Shown: positions 39,567 through 49,983 of the stretch, piece after piece | Position numbering within the stretch: position 1 is the stretch's first letter | How the letters are laid out: each line of letters begins with the position of its first letter | Source of the DNA: Podospora anserina | Lineage: Eukaryota | DNA: 64,000 bases | Reading direction: 5' to 3' | Assembly: GCA_017654855.1 (NCBI GenBank) | Contig: CM030336.1 | Location: forward strand, 496,001-560,000 | Made by a program: the position numbers and the translations under genes | The notes under the pieces: generated by a model | Databases searched by the model: none | Told to the model about the DNA's origin: nothing | The model's input: only the letters and a program-made list of their open reading frames with translations

Positions 39567-40114
39567 ATGCCACAACAACCCAGACTTCCCATGGAATCAA
39601 CAACAACGCTCGCACTGGACATAGCAGAGGGATCTCTCCTCAAGGATGGCTTCTTGGCTTTTGATGACCCACTGGTTGGGGAAGGTATCGCGGAGATGGA
39701 GAAGAGAGGCTTCCCATACTTCACGGACTACGGCTCGGATTTCTGCGAAGAGTTCGCCTTTGATGAGGTAAAGAGACACAGTCATTCCATCTCATGGTAG
39801 CTACCTAACAAGCTTTAGCGCATCCGATTCATCTTCGAAGCCTCCTTCGAAAAATGCAGCCTTGGTCATTGGCTAAGATATGGGGAATTTCCTGGAAATG
39901 TTGAATGCTTTAGGAGGGGCGGACCAAAGGCCGGTCGCTACGTTCTGATGGTTCATCTGTGGGCCAAAGGATCGCAAGTAGCATATTATGTCGGTTCGCA
40001 CCATCATAACATAACAACTTCGAGGGACAATCGGTCTTTATATGAGATACCGCTTTCTGAGCTTAATCGTGTCGGCTCTAAGCCTAAGCACAAAGAGTCC
40101 CCAGATAGTAGTTC
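39567..40114 (+). pseudogene. 3'-truncated hypothetical gene (LMVHLWAKGSQVAYYVGSH-containing)
   Basis: Exons 39567-39767 and 39819-40114 splice in frame. The next donor reads ATAAGT (G>A from GTAAGT) and no further exon is evident. Confidence 0.6.
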
Positions 40115-40680
40115 ATAAGTTACAGCTCTGTCTCGTGGTGTCGTATTCTTTCCAGTTGAGAGAAATTCCTGACTATGTTCGGACTTGCTTACACTAGTAG
40201 TCGGTCTCTAAAAGCTTTTTTGCCTCGTCTAAGAACGGTTAGCCCAAAATCAGGCTCGCTTCACCCTTGGCTCACCTTGAGCTCACCACCGCTTACCCTA
40301 TACTCGCCATTCTCCAAAATCAATAACTTTACGCGACGCTCTCATAGTCCAAATTTGGAGCCCCCTCTCTTACAGGGACGAATCTTCCGCCAGAACGGGG
40401 ACTAAGAAATGGGCTCGCCAGCGTATTTGCTTTTCATTTTAGGGGACTCTGGGTTGTGGTAGCCATTTTGACATAACAAAATCCATCACTCCCTACCTAC
40501 CTACTGCGCGAGTTTTTTTCTTCTAATTCTGGCTATATTAAGAGGCTATTCCATCCGTCCTACCACCTACTGTACGATTCTTCTCTCCCATCTCCCCGTG
40601 TCTATATTACTGCCGTAAAACCTTTCTTTCTATACTTAATCGTTATCGGCCTCACATTTTCGCTACACTAGCTCTCTACT

Positions 40681-40949
40681 ATGCCTTCTATAATGCCGAG
40701 AAAGAAGAGCCCTTAAAAGTTATTTCGCCGGGGAAAAGATAGGGGCTTAGAAAATTGTGCGGAGGAAATTGACGGCTCTGTAGTTTATAAAAGGTTTATA
40801 AATAAAGTTATGAAAGGTTATTAGCGTATACTTAATTTGTAGAATTAGTAAGGTCCTTATACTCCTACTAACTATCCGCTTTTAATATCCGTTTTAAATA
40901 TATATTAAAAACTATTCCTGTACTAGCCTTTATAATTTTAAGACTCTAA
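40681..40949 (+). mobile_element. RIP-mutated 5' remnant of a putative DUF3435 tyrosine recombinase (Starship captain)
   Basis: Translates MPRKKSP*KLFRRGKDRGLENCAEEIDGSVVYKRFINKVMKGY*RILNL*N, then an intron, then YIKNYSCTSLYNFKTL. Stops are explicable by C>T/G>A changes. It resembles captain N-termini as I recall them and is cut off by an LTR at 40950. Confidence 0.6.
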
Positions 40950-41387
40950 TGTCACAACCCTGGGATATAGACGAGAATAACGATTGGTTGTGGAACCACG
41001 GGAGCAGAGGCTAATCGGGAAAACACCCAGGAGAGCCAATCACAGGGAGGGACGGTGATTAGTGCGATCAGAGCACTAATCAGACTAAGCAGGCCAGGCC
41101 GGGGTGATTAGTGTGATCAGGACACTGATCAGGCTGAGCGTAAGTGATCAGTATACTCGGGACACTAATCAGAGGAATTACGGCTAGGAAAAGAAGTCTA
41201 TATATACGGAGGAACTGGCTGCTGTAGATAGACAGTTCCGCAGTATGCAATTCACAATTGTATTCACGGTATCTTGTGTTTACATTGAGACATCTTGTTG
41301 TGCACTGTTTAGCTGCACCGAACCAATTGTCAGAAGTTACCTTCAACCCGTATCCCTTTCAGAGGTTCTGTACAGGGGTTCGTCACA
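40950..41387 (+). mobile_element. Solo LTR (438 bp, TG...CA)
   Basis: Starts TGTCACAAC and ends GTTCGTCACA, with a central TATATATA box. Its 3' half is nearly identical to the inverted copy at 49647-49835. Flanks TCTAA / ATAAC are not a TSD. Confidence 0.85.
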
Positions 41388-41953
41388 ATAACCCCCGAAA
41401 AACTAATTTATAATTAACGTTTATTAAAATTTATATTAATAATTATTAAAATTTATATTAATAACTATTAAAATAATTCCTTAACTTTAATATTAATTAT
41501 AATAAATTAACTTATTAAAGGTATAACGGTTATAATACACTAGGTAGCTCTCCTTTATATAGAAATCTCTTCGCTCCGTAAAACTAATAAAGAACTAAGT
41601 AAACGCCGGAAAACTAAAACAACACATATAAGGCTTAGAGGGTCACTTACTATACAAAAGGCACAGGATCTACTGGATCAGAAGGCCGTAGATAAAGAGG
41701 GAGTGTAAGAAACGTAGCCGGATAGTAATAATGCAGGGGAGGCTCGTACGAAGGTTCAGTACTGTAGTGTATACGGTAAGCCTGGCCATAATGCACGCAC
41801 TTGCCAGGAGGCTGCAGAAGCATCTGATTCAGCTGTTTCTGATGTAATTATAGTTAATTCCTTGTGTTGATGTGGTGTAATTGAGGATAGTATTCGTAGG
41901 GTGGTAGAGAGTGCGCGACTCGCTTATATGCGGGACTCGCTTATAATGTACGT
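41388..41953 (+). mobile_element. RIP-degraded 3' remnant of a pogo/Fot1-like DNA transposon
   Basis: AT-rich. Decayed transposase C-terminus KRRKTK...GSLTIQKAQDLLDQK...CSVYGKPGHNARTC (zinc knuckle). Terminus ACTCGCTTATAATGTACGT followed by TA. Confidence 0.8.
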
Positions 41954-42079
41954 TAACACCTCTTGATGAAACGAGATACAACGTTACTTACTCCCCTGCA
42001 AGCTGAGACTTATCATGCCTGGGCCCCGAATCCATGATACATAGAAGTGAGGTTCAACTTGTAAGCAGCGTGCGGTCCA

Positions 42080-42202
42080 TAAGTGGGATGAGCCAATAGG
42101 ATGGCTCATTCTATCCCAGGCCAAAATAGCTTCAATCCATACCATTCCACGGTTCCATCTCACCCAGTGAGATGAGACGGTCTCATCTTATTGCCCACCC
42201 TG
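42080..42202. mobile_element. Possible hAT-like transposon terminus
   Basis: Ends ATTGCCCACCCTG (reverse complement CAGGGTGGGCAAT). Clustered subterminal palindromes CATCTCACCCAGTGAGATG and GATGAGACGGTCTCATC. It abuts a truncated gene. Confidence 0.35.
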
Positions 42203-42215
42203 GTAGGAAACACTG

Positions 42216-42668
42216 CTTGACACCAACGACCCCAACGACTACCCGAACCTCGCGGCCGAATTCACCGCCATCAGCCTCGGCCACATGGACCGCATCAAGA
42301 AGGAACTCGACATGAAGAGGAAGCCTGGAACCATACGCCGTCCACAGGGAGAATATTCTGGCAAGTACTGGAACGAGATCAAGAACTTCTGCATCAAGAT
42401 CATTGAGACGGACGGCAAGTTAGAGATGCGTTTCCAGGGGAGAGAGTCTGGGGCGTTTGAGCTTGCTCATTATGAGAATGATACGTTTACTTGGTGGATG
42501 CCGTATGATGAGATTGCTCGGCGGGGTCGGTATATTGGCGACTATGCTGCTTTGTATTACTTGATCAAGTTCTCGAGCTCAGCGGGGGGTGGAATTGACA
42601 CACTGGGATGGGCTTGGAACCTCAACTTGCCGGATGAGATTGCTACTTTTTCAGCGGAGGGGAAGTGA
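42216..42668 (+). pseudogene. C-terminal fragment of a beta-lactamase/peptidase S12-like gene (DUF3471-like domain)
   Basis: EYSGKYWN...LEMRFQGRESGAFELAHYENDTFTW matches the C-terminal domain style of fungal beta-lactamase-family proteins. The catalytic N-terminal domain is absent and replaced by transposon debris. Confidence 0.6.
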
Positions 42669-42935
42669 GGGTGGTTGGGTTGGTACACGTTTAGTAAGAT
42701 GGAGGGGGTGCGATTTTCATGTTGACTAAATCTTTGCTTTTCTCTTTAGGCTCGGGGGGGGAGCCAGAAGGATCTCAGGGGTGGATCTTGTTGAGTGTGT
42801 GAACCCAGAGAGTTAATTGAAGCATTGAATTAAACCGATCATATTCTGTGATAACGCAAAAGATGTGCGTAATGATTTCCAAGAACCGCGAGAGTGGATA
42901 GTAAGTAAGGTAGTAAAAGTGTTTCGAAAAGCCCC

Positions 42936-45029
42936 CTAATGCTCACAAAAGCTATACTCCTTCTCCCTCCACGTCGACTCGGCATTCTTTATAAACCCCG
43001 ACCTCTCCTTCATCAACTCCAGACGTTGCTCCTCGGCCTCCTTCCTGCTCATCGGCAACCCATCTCCCAACTCCTCCCGCACCATCTCCACCAGCTCAGG
43101 GGGCAGTTTCCACCCCGAAGCCACTTTACCGCTCGCCATAGCCGCGGCAAGTTCCTCCTTTGCCAATCCCCTCTCAAGCAAAATCTGGGCCATCTCCGCC
43201 GGGATCTTTCCCTCAGACCCAGAGTCAGCTGAGCCGGCCCGGCGGCGGAACGTCAGTTCAGCCCACCACTCAGCCTGCTGAGGCGGGACGTTGGCCGTGC
43301 TGATGATCCTCGTGAAGGGATCAACAAGCCAGAGGGCAATAAATCGCCTGTGCCCCGGTCTGGTCGAATCAGCGAGCTTGAACCCAGAGACCCGATGGTG
43401 GAACACGTTGGGGAAAGCAAGCATCCTCCCCTGAGGAGTGAGCACGCTGCCGTAGTGCTGAAGACAAGCCGAGCCGGAGCCAGAACCAAAAAACGCGCCG
43501 TAGACGCTCTGCATCCAGTGAAAGCCGTCTTGTCCAATGTTTTCAAACGGGCCCTCGTCTTGTAGGTAATCGTCTGTGCAGGTGCGGAACTCGAGCTGGC
43601 TCTCGGTGATGTTTTCCGAGTCGAGGTAGTACAGCGCGGTGCCGACAATGTGCTCGTTCATCATGCCCTCGACGTGCCAGCCGCCAGCTGGGAACTCTGG
43701 CTTCTCGGGAGTGAGCTCGATGGAGGCCATCTTGACGATGATCTGAAGACCGGTGTCTTTGAACTTGTGGCGGAGGGTTCTCTTTGGGGTGACGTCGTAC
43801 TTGACTTCGGGGATTTTGGACAAGGGCGGTGGCGGAGGGAAGACAGGCTCGCCTTTGTCCTCTTCGTCTTCGTCCTCTTCGTCTTCGTCGTTCTCCTCCT
43901 CCGCATCTTCCTCTTCCAAGCCCTCCTCGTCTGGATTGTGTATCTGCCAGTTTCCGACTCTCCCGACCCCCTTTTTGCTTTTATTGCTGGTCAAAGATTC
44001 CTTGGGCATCCAAAGCTCCTCATTTTCGTCATCAGGATTCTCAGGGATCATGCGAGGTTCCGTGCGGCCGGCGGCGATAGCCTTCCAACCACCATGGATC
44101 TGAGTCAGGCATTGGTCCCACATGGGCAGGGCCTTCTCAATCAGTTGTTCCAGGCTTCGGTATATGCCCTTGTACTTGACTGGGTGCAGGTTGTTGATAT
44201 AACTGGTGAATTTCACCCCCCCCTCTTCGGTGAACTTGACGTTTGCCGGTAGCCACTGGTAGTCGTCGGACCAATAGCTGTATTCAACGTTTTTCCCAAA
44301 CACAGACCTTCGAACGTTTGTCTGGGCACGGGTTTCGATCCACTTGGGGATAATAACACCCTTGCCAGCCCATTTATCAATGGCATCTTCCACTCCGACG
44401 ACTTCGTCCTCGAAGAAACGCGAACGGCCGTAGACCAAGGGATACATGGATGGGTGGACAAGATCCTGGACCGTTTCGTTCGTGTTAGGATGCCAGTCTG
44501 GATTCACCGCTTGATCGGCCTGTAGACGATCAAACCCCTCTTTCAGAGCAGCCTGAAGCTGAGGAGACACAAGAGTGTCCGACTTGACAGCCATGTAACT
44601 GGCATCGAGGGTGGGAACGAGGGATGTCCTCTTGAAGTATTCGGCTTTGTGGCGGAGCTCCTCGATGCAGTACTCGACCGAGGCATGGTCGAGAACGTTT
44701 TTGGCTCTTTTTGGGTACCAACTGTGGTCTCCCGATGGGTCGCGTTGGATGTGGTCGATGCGGTTCCAGAGGTCCTCCTCAGGCCAGGCCAGAGCCTCCT
44801 TGCGCCACTTGTCGGCGATGGCATCGTCAAAGACCTTGACGTGCCAATCAGGCTTGTCGGACAGGCGGTCCATGACTAGCATCATGGCCACCTCCCGGAC
44901 CGTGATGGGCGAGGATTTTTTCATGCAGTCTGGATGGATGCCCATGGGGTATTCGATGGCATTGTTGTCGGGGATGTGTCGCAAGTCTAGCTTCCAGCCA
45001 GGATAGCATTTTGCTTCCTTTTGTTCCAT
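42936..45029 (-). CDS. DUF4246-family protein (putative 2OG-Fe(II) oxygenase-like fold)
   Basis: Intronless ORF from MEQKEAK. Motifs DWHPN...QDLVHPSMYPLVYG, GGWHVEGMMNEHIVGTALYY and HHRVSGFKLAD..RPGHRRFIALWLVDP. Confidence 0.85.
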   Translation of the reverse strand: MEQKEAKCYPGWKLDLRHIPDNNAIEYPMGIHPDCMKKSSPITVREVAMMLVMDRLSDKPDWHVKVFDDAIADKWRKEALAWPEEDLWNRIDHIQRDPSGDHSWYPKRAKNVLDHASVEYCIEELRHKAEYFKRTSLVPTLDASYMAVKSDTLVSPQLQAALKEGFDRLQADQAVNPDWHPNTNETVQDLVHPSMYPLVYGRSRFFEDEVVGVEDAIDKWAGKGVIIPKWIETRAQTNVRRSVFGKNVEYSYWSDDYQWLPANVKFTEEGGVKFTSYINNLHPVKYKGIYRSLEQLIEKALPMWDQCLTQIHGGWKAIAAGRTEPRMIPENPDDENEELWMPKESLTSNKSKKGVGRVGNWQIHNPDEEGLEEEDAEEENDEDEEDEDEEDKGEPVFPPPPPLSKIPEVKYDVTPKRTLRHKFKDTGLQIIVKMASIELTPEKPEFPAGGWHVEGMMNEHIVGTALYYLDSENITESQLEFRTCTDDYLQDEGPFENIGQDGFHWMQSVYGAFFGSGSGSACLQHYGSVLTPQGRMLAFPNVFHHRVSGFKLADSTRPGHRRFIALWLVDPFTRIISTANVPPQQAEWWAELTFRRRAGSADSGSEGKIPAEMAQILLERGLAKEELAAAMASGKVASGWKLPPELVEMVREELGDGLPMSRKEAEEQRLELMKERSGFIKNAESTWREKEYSFCEH

Positions 45030-45748
45030 GTTGATGGCTGGTTTGTGGAATGGCTGGTTCGTGGAGGTAACGGCGTGATGCAGAATTGGCTGTCTAGAAG
45101 TCGGAGTGCTGAATGTCTTGACAGTCAGAAGTCGTCCAATATTTAACATGCTGACGGGGACGTGGTGTAGTTCTTGCTTCCCCTCATGATTGGATGGAGT
45201 TGTTGCTCTGCCTGAGGTTTGCCTGCTGGAGTGGGGATGATGCAGTGGTTAGCGCTGCTATGCCTGGCCTGCCTGGCTTGGCAGAATTGACAGGGGTCTT
45301 GACAACTGTTCGGAGAGTTCAATGCTGCCGCATCTGGAAATGGGTTCTTTTCTATACCCAAACGAGTCAAGGCCCGGTGACATGGTGTTGGAACAGAGTT
45401 GTTGATGTATTGAAGGAGAAAGTAGCTACTGAGTGCTACGGCAAGAGAAAAGAAACCAGCCCAGGTTGGCCCTGCTCGGCCAAATTCGGCAGCCAGAACA
45501 GCAAGTTCTGTACTCAATCTGTAATTCCCCAGTTTGTTGTCTTCCAGGAGGAACAAAGCTACCTATCTGCTCCACCGTATTATCAGTACCTATCGATTGT
45601 TGTTATCTTTGACGACGGGACGTCGGTGGATACCAGTCGTCAACCATGAAGTCTTTCTCATTGGTCATACCATTTATAGGTAGTGCTTGGCATCCGCTGC
45701 TCTCACCAAAACCTACGCGGGGCTGCCCACACACTTCAATGCCACATC

Positions 45749-46735
45749 ATGAAGTCCTCAATGGCGCCTGGAATTCTCATCACCTGCCTCGCAGGCACTG
45801 GCGCAGCAGCCGTGCTCCGCGTCTTGTACTGGGCATCGCAGTTCACCCTCTACCACTTCTGGCGACCTTCCAAACCCCTCGCGGCATACAAACGCGCCAG
45901 CGACGACAGCTACGCGCTCATCACCGGAGCCAGCGCCGGCATCGGTCTCTCCATCGCCCGCAACATTGTCAGACAAGGCTTCGGCGTCGTTCTCCTCGGC
46001 CATCTCCCGGACGAGCTCGAGTCGGCGGCCAAAAGTCTCAATTCCCCGCTTGTGCGAACTCTCGTCGTCAACGCCCGCACCGCGACCCCGGAGGAACTCG
46101 AGACGGCGGTCGAGTCAATCTCGGATCTCAACATCTCGATTCTCGTCAACAATGTCGGCGGTTTCCCCATGGCTGATCCGCCGTTGCGACCTCTTAGCAC
46201 CCTCAGCACGGCTGAAGTTGACGCCTACGTTGACTTAAACGCGCGGTTCATGGCGCGACTTACCAACCTCGTCCTGCCACTCCTTTCGTCAAGTTCTACA
46301 AGAGAGAAACATGAGCGGTCGCTGATATTGAACATCTCTTCGGCCGGGAGGGTTGGGATGCCTTGGATCGTCATGTACAGCGCCACCAAGGCGTTCAACT
46401 ACGCCTTCAGCATGGGACTGTCGCGGGAGTTGGAGGATGACTCGACTACGGCGCATATCGACTGCCTTGCTGTTACGCTTGGTGAGGTGCAGAGTCAGGC
46501 GAATGTGATGGCGGAGGGTGCGGTGACTGCTGAGAGGTTTGGGGGCTATGTTGTGGGGGGTATCGATGGGGCGGTGAAGCGGGGCTGGAGGGAGGTGAGG
46601 CCGTACTGGGGGCATGATCTCGCGCTTGGGTTGGCCGATCGGGTGTTGCCTGATGGGATGCTGACACATTTCGCGAGGGAGGAGCTGAGGTTGAAGAAGG
46701 AGAGGTGGGATGCGATTATGGCCAAGAGGCGCTGA
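45749..46735 (+). CDS. Short-chain dehydrogenase/reductase with N-terminal membrane anchor (17beta-HSD / ketoacyl reductase-like)
   Basis: Motifs ITGASAGIG, LVNNVGG, NISS and catalytic YSATK. Confidence 0.88.
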   Translation: MKSSMAPGILITCLAGTGAAAVLRVLYWASQFTLYHFWRPSKPLAAYKRASDDSYALITGASAGIGLSIARNIVRQGFGVVLLGHLPDELESAAKSLNSPLVRTLVVNARTATPEELETAVESISDLNISILVNNVGGFPMADPPLRPLSTLSTAEVDAYVDLNARFMARLTNLVLPLLSSSSTREKHERSLILNISSAGRVGMPWIVMYSATKAFNYAFSMGLSRELEDDSTTAHIDCLAVTLGEVQSQANVMAEGAVTAERFGGYVVGGIDGAVKRGWREVRPYWGHDLALGLADRVLPDGMLTHFAREELRLKKERWDAIMAKRR

Positions 46736-48660
46736 TTCGGGCGGTGATGGTGTGGAAACTGCGCTGTATTTACATCGTAGGCAGGTATTGAATTCTACAC
46801 ACTTACCAAAGAGATCACTCCAAGCCTGAAGCTTTCCAGTGATTACACTCCGCAGCTTGCCTTCACAGCATTTTGTAAGAAGGATTTGAAGTCTTGTTTA
46901 TATTGTTGATGCTAATGCTGTCTTGTAGGCTGATGATCATATCTGCCCACGCCTATCTGTCCCGCCCAAATACTCGAGTTCATCATCACTCGCACCTTCG
47001 AGCAAAAAGAAGTGGTCGGGTTGACGGTTCATGATCTACCTCGTGCAGTCCCGCACATGAGCCAGGCTATCAAACCTCTCGTCCGTGACGGCTCGAGTCT
47101 CCCAAATTCGCCAGTATTTCTGCCAGTAAAACAACCAGTGAACGACGTGCCATCTCCGAGACGCCCAGAAAGTGCCGTGTGTGCCTCCCAAGGCGGCGAC
47201 CTCCGCGAGAGTAAGAGAGGGACTGTTCCTTCTTTGTTAGCAAAGTATGGCCATGGGCCATGGGCGTTGGTGCCTGACGAGGATGCTATGACTAGGTACT
47301 AATTCTCAGCTTAGCAATGTGGGAATATAGTAATATGGGAATGTGCTAATGTGCCAATGTACTAATGTAACGAGCAAACTCACGCTATTTCTCTCGGTGA
47401 AGCGCATCAGGCCGTCAAGAGTAATGACCGGAAACTACTGCGATTTTTAAATCTCTGAGGAGAGCGTGAAAAGCGCGAGGACGATGGGTATCTGATGTGA
47501 GTACCTGTTTCTAACACCAGAAGGTAACTGATGATCGGTTGCACCTAACGCCTACCTCCCATGAAGCAACACTAGTAGCACCGAAGAAACTCGGATTTGC
47601 CCACACCGACACTGCTACGAAACATATCTACTCGGTTCTCGACCACCGTAAGATGCCATCGTCACATCTCGATACGCCGGCGACGTGGCAAACCTTAGGG
47701 TTCAGGCTGGAGAAAGGCAATACACAACTAGATCCTCTGTACGTGTATGGGCTTTCCTATCTTTCCCTTGCGCCTGCTAATTTTGAGACGGTCCCTTCAG
47801 CCACAGCATGCGTTGCCTTCGCTTCTTCAACCTACATACTACTCATGGCCATCTTCATGCTGCCCCCGTGGAAGCAACTGGATCACACTCTCCACAACAG
47901 GCGCGATTCCCAAGTTCAAATGGGTATTACCTGAGTTGCTGATTTATGAATTCTTTGCGTTGACAAGATATCTCAACGCTGTGTATCCAACAAGGTCAAA
48001 AGAGTTGGGTGGCTAGACTTACCAAACCAAGGATGGATCAACACCCCGAGGTTGTGCGCCCATTTACCTTAACCATCCAGTTCTCGGTATCCACCATTGA
48101 TCTAGCTAATGTCAGGGTTTGGACCACCCCAAAACCTTTTTGAAGAAGCGGTTTGGGGAGGATATCTGCTGGAAGGCATCGAATCTCACTGTCACTCCGT
48201 CATTTGGAGAATTGTTCGAGCTATGGAGGCGCAATATCGGGATTTTCCTCTTTTTGTTGGTGCCTACCGCGTGGTTAGCACGGTTACTGATAATCTACAT
48301 GCGTTTAGCATTCTCAATTCAACCTCACGTCGACATGACTAGGTATCGATATGAGATCTCGAGCTTCTCAATGTGGCGGAGCGGTGTCATGAAGTTTGTT
48401 CACCGCATCGTTGCCTTGCCGTCGCCATTCCCAGATTTTCCTAATCCGATGTAAACAGCAAGGCGGGGATCGGGTCAGGGGTTGAAGAACAGGCTCACGG
48501 TGGAAGTTCGGGCGTGAGGGGGTGAGGACATGGGTGGGGTGCTCGGACCCGCGCCATATGGATCTCATTGCGGGACGGAACAACTTTTGACGACCACCTC
48601 CCACAAAAAGAATAGTCCCATGAGCTCACTTCCCTCGTCTAAGTACATCAACCAATCAAA

Positions 48661-48731
48661 GCATTAGTGGTTTAGTGGTAAAATCCATCGTTGCCATCGA
48701 TGGGCCCCGTGTTCGATTCACGGCTGATGCA
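48661..48731 (+). tRNA. tRNA-Gly(GCC)
   Basis: GCATTAGTGGTTTAGTGGTAAAATCCATCGTT-GCC-ATCGATGGGCCCCGTGTTCGATTCACGGCTGATGCA forms a 71-nt cloverleaf, followed by a T-run terminator. Confidence 0.95.
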
Positions 48732-48869
48732 TCTTTTGATGGTTGGACATTGCACCTCCTTCTTGACCCGAGACTGGTTTAGTTTTTCAAGCATAGCGGT
48801 GATGGTTTCTTGCCATCGCGAGGTGCACTGGTGGGTCTTGGGAGTGATGTGAGGTGTGTGGGTATATGG

Positions 48870-49237
48870 TTATACGAGTAAATGTAAAAATATATTTTTG
48901 TATTAGTTTTTTAGTTTGTTTAAGAAATAATTTGTGGGATGGGTGAAGTGAGAATGTTAACTATAGTAGAGATTTGTTGTTATAAAGTGTTCGCCAAATA
49001 TATTTCTACAGGCAGGAATATATAGATGTTTATTTAGTTTGCTGTTAATTCCTGGATAAAGATTGGGCGTCTAAATGTCTTTGTGTAAGTTGTTTACAAG
49101 GAGGCATTAAAGCTAAATATAGAACTGTCTACTTCGCAATAGAAATGCGAGCCTAAAGTTCGGCGTATTCTTTTAAAAATCTCTATTTAATGTATTACAG
49201 TTTTATCTTTTTTAAGTTTAATTATCTAAAATCACTA
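48870..49237. repeat. AT-rich, probably RIP-degraded repeat remnant
   Basis: Abrupt rise in AT and TpA content next to transposon remnants; no ORF. Confidence 0.4.
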
Positions 49238-49646
49238 ACGTATTTGATAAGCGAGCGGATCGGACAAGCGAGTGGATCGATTTCTACTACCCTATTACAA
49301 CTATCCTCAATTGCAAAACAACAATACTACTAACCTACTACAATTACATCAGAAACAGCTGAATCAGACTCTTCTGCAACCTCCTGGCACGTACGGATAT
49401 TATAGCCAGGCTTGCCACACACACCACAGCGCCGAACCTTCGTATGAGGCCCCCTGCACTACCGCCATCCGGCTGTATTTTATCCACTACCTCCCCACCC
49501 ACGGCCTTCTGGTCTAGTAGATCCTGTGCATCTTACACAGTAAGTGATCCTCCAAACTATATACGTGTTCTTTTAGCTCTCCGGCGCTTACTTAAAGCCT
49601 CGTTAGCCTTACGGAGTGAAACGTTCTCTGCACGAAGGAGAGCCAC
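49238..49646 (-). mobile_element. 3' remnant of a pogo/Fot1-like DNA transposon
   Basis: Terminus TA|ACGTATTTGATAAGCGAG. The minus strand encodes a decayed transposase C-terminus (...AQDLLDQKAV...KVRRCGVCGKPG...), homologous to 41590-41870. Confidence 0.8.
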
Positions 49647-49983
49647 TGTGACGAACCCCTGTACAGAACCTCTGAAAGGGATACGGGTTGAAGGTAACTT
49701 CTGTCAATTGGTTCGGTGCAGCTAAACAGTGCACAACAAGATGTCTCAACGTAAAGACAAGATACCGTGAATACAATTGTGAATTGCATACTGCGGAACT
49801 GTCTATCTACACCAGCCAGTTCCTCCGTATATATAGAACTTGGGACCTTAAGGTGCTCGCCCTGCTACGGCCCCGATCACCCTTAGCACATTGCATCCTG
49901 CGATGTGCTCGTCGTGCTATGCCTCCGATCATCCTTAGCATCTTGCATCCTGCAGAGTGCTCGTGGGTCTTGGCGCCATAGCA
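49647..49983 (-). mobile_element. Solo LTR, same family as 40950-41387 but with a different 5' half
   Basis: 49647-49835 is the reverse complement of about 41198-41387. Beyond the TATA box the sequence is unrelated and ends ...CATAGCA (TG start on the minus strand). Flanks GAAAG / GTGGC are not a TSD. Confidence 0.8.

Noticed and set aside
47655-48454. Fragmentary coding-like region with one plausible intron
   Set aside because: Multiple stops and frameshifts and no family assignment; too weak to list.
41954-49237. Composite transposon carrying the DUF4246/SDR/tRNA island
   Set aside because: The two Fot1-like termini face the island from outside, so the island lies outside both elements; the geometry is wrong for mobilising it.
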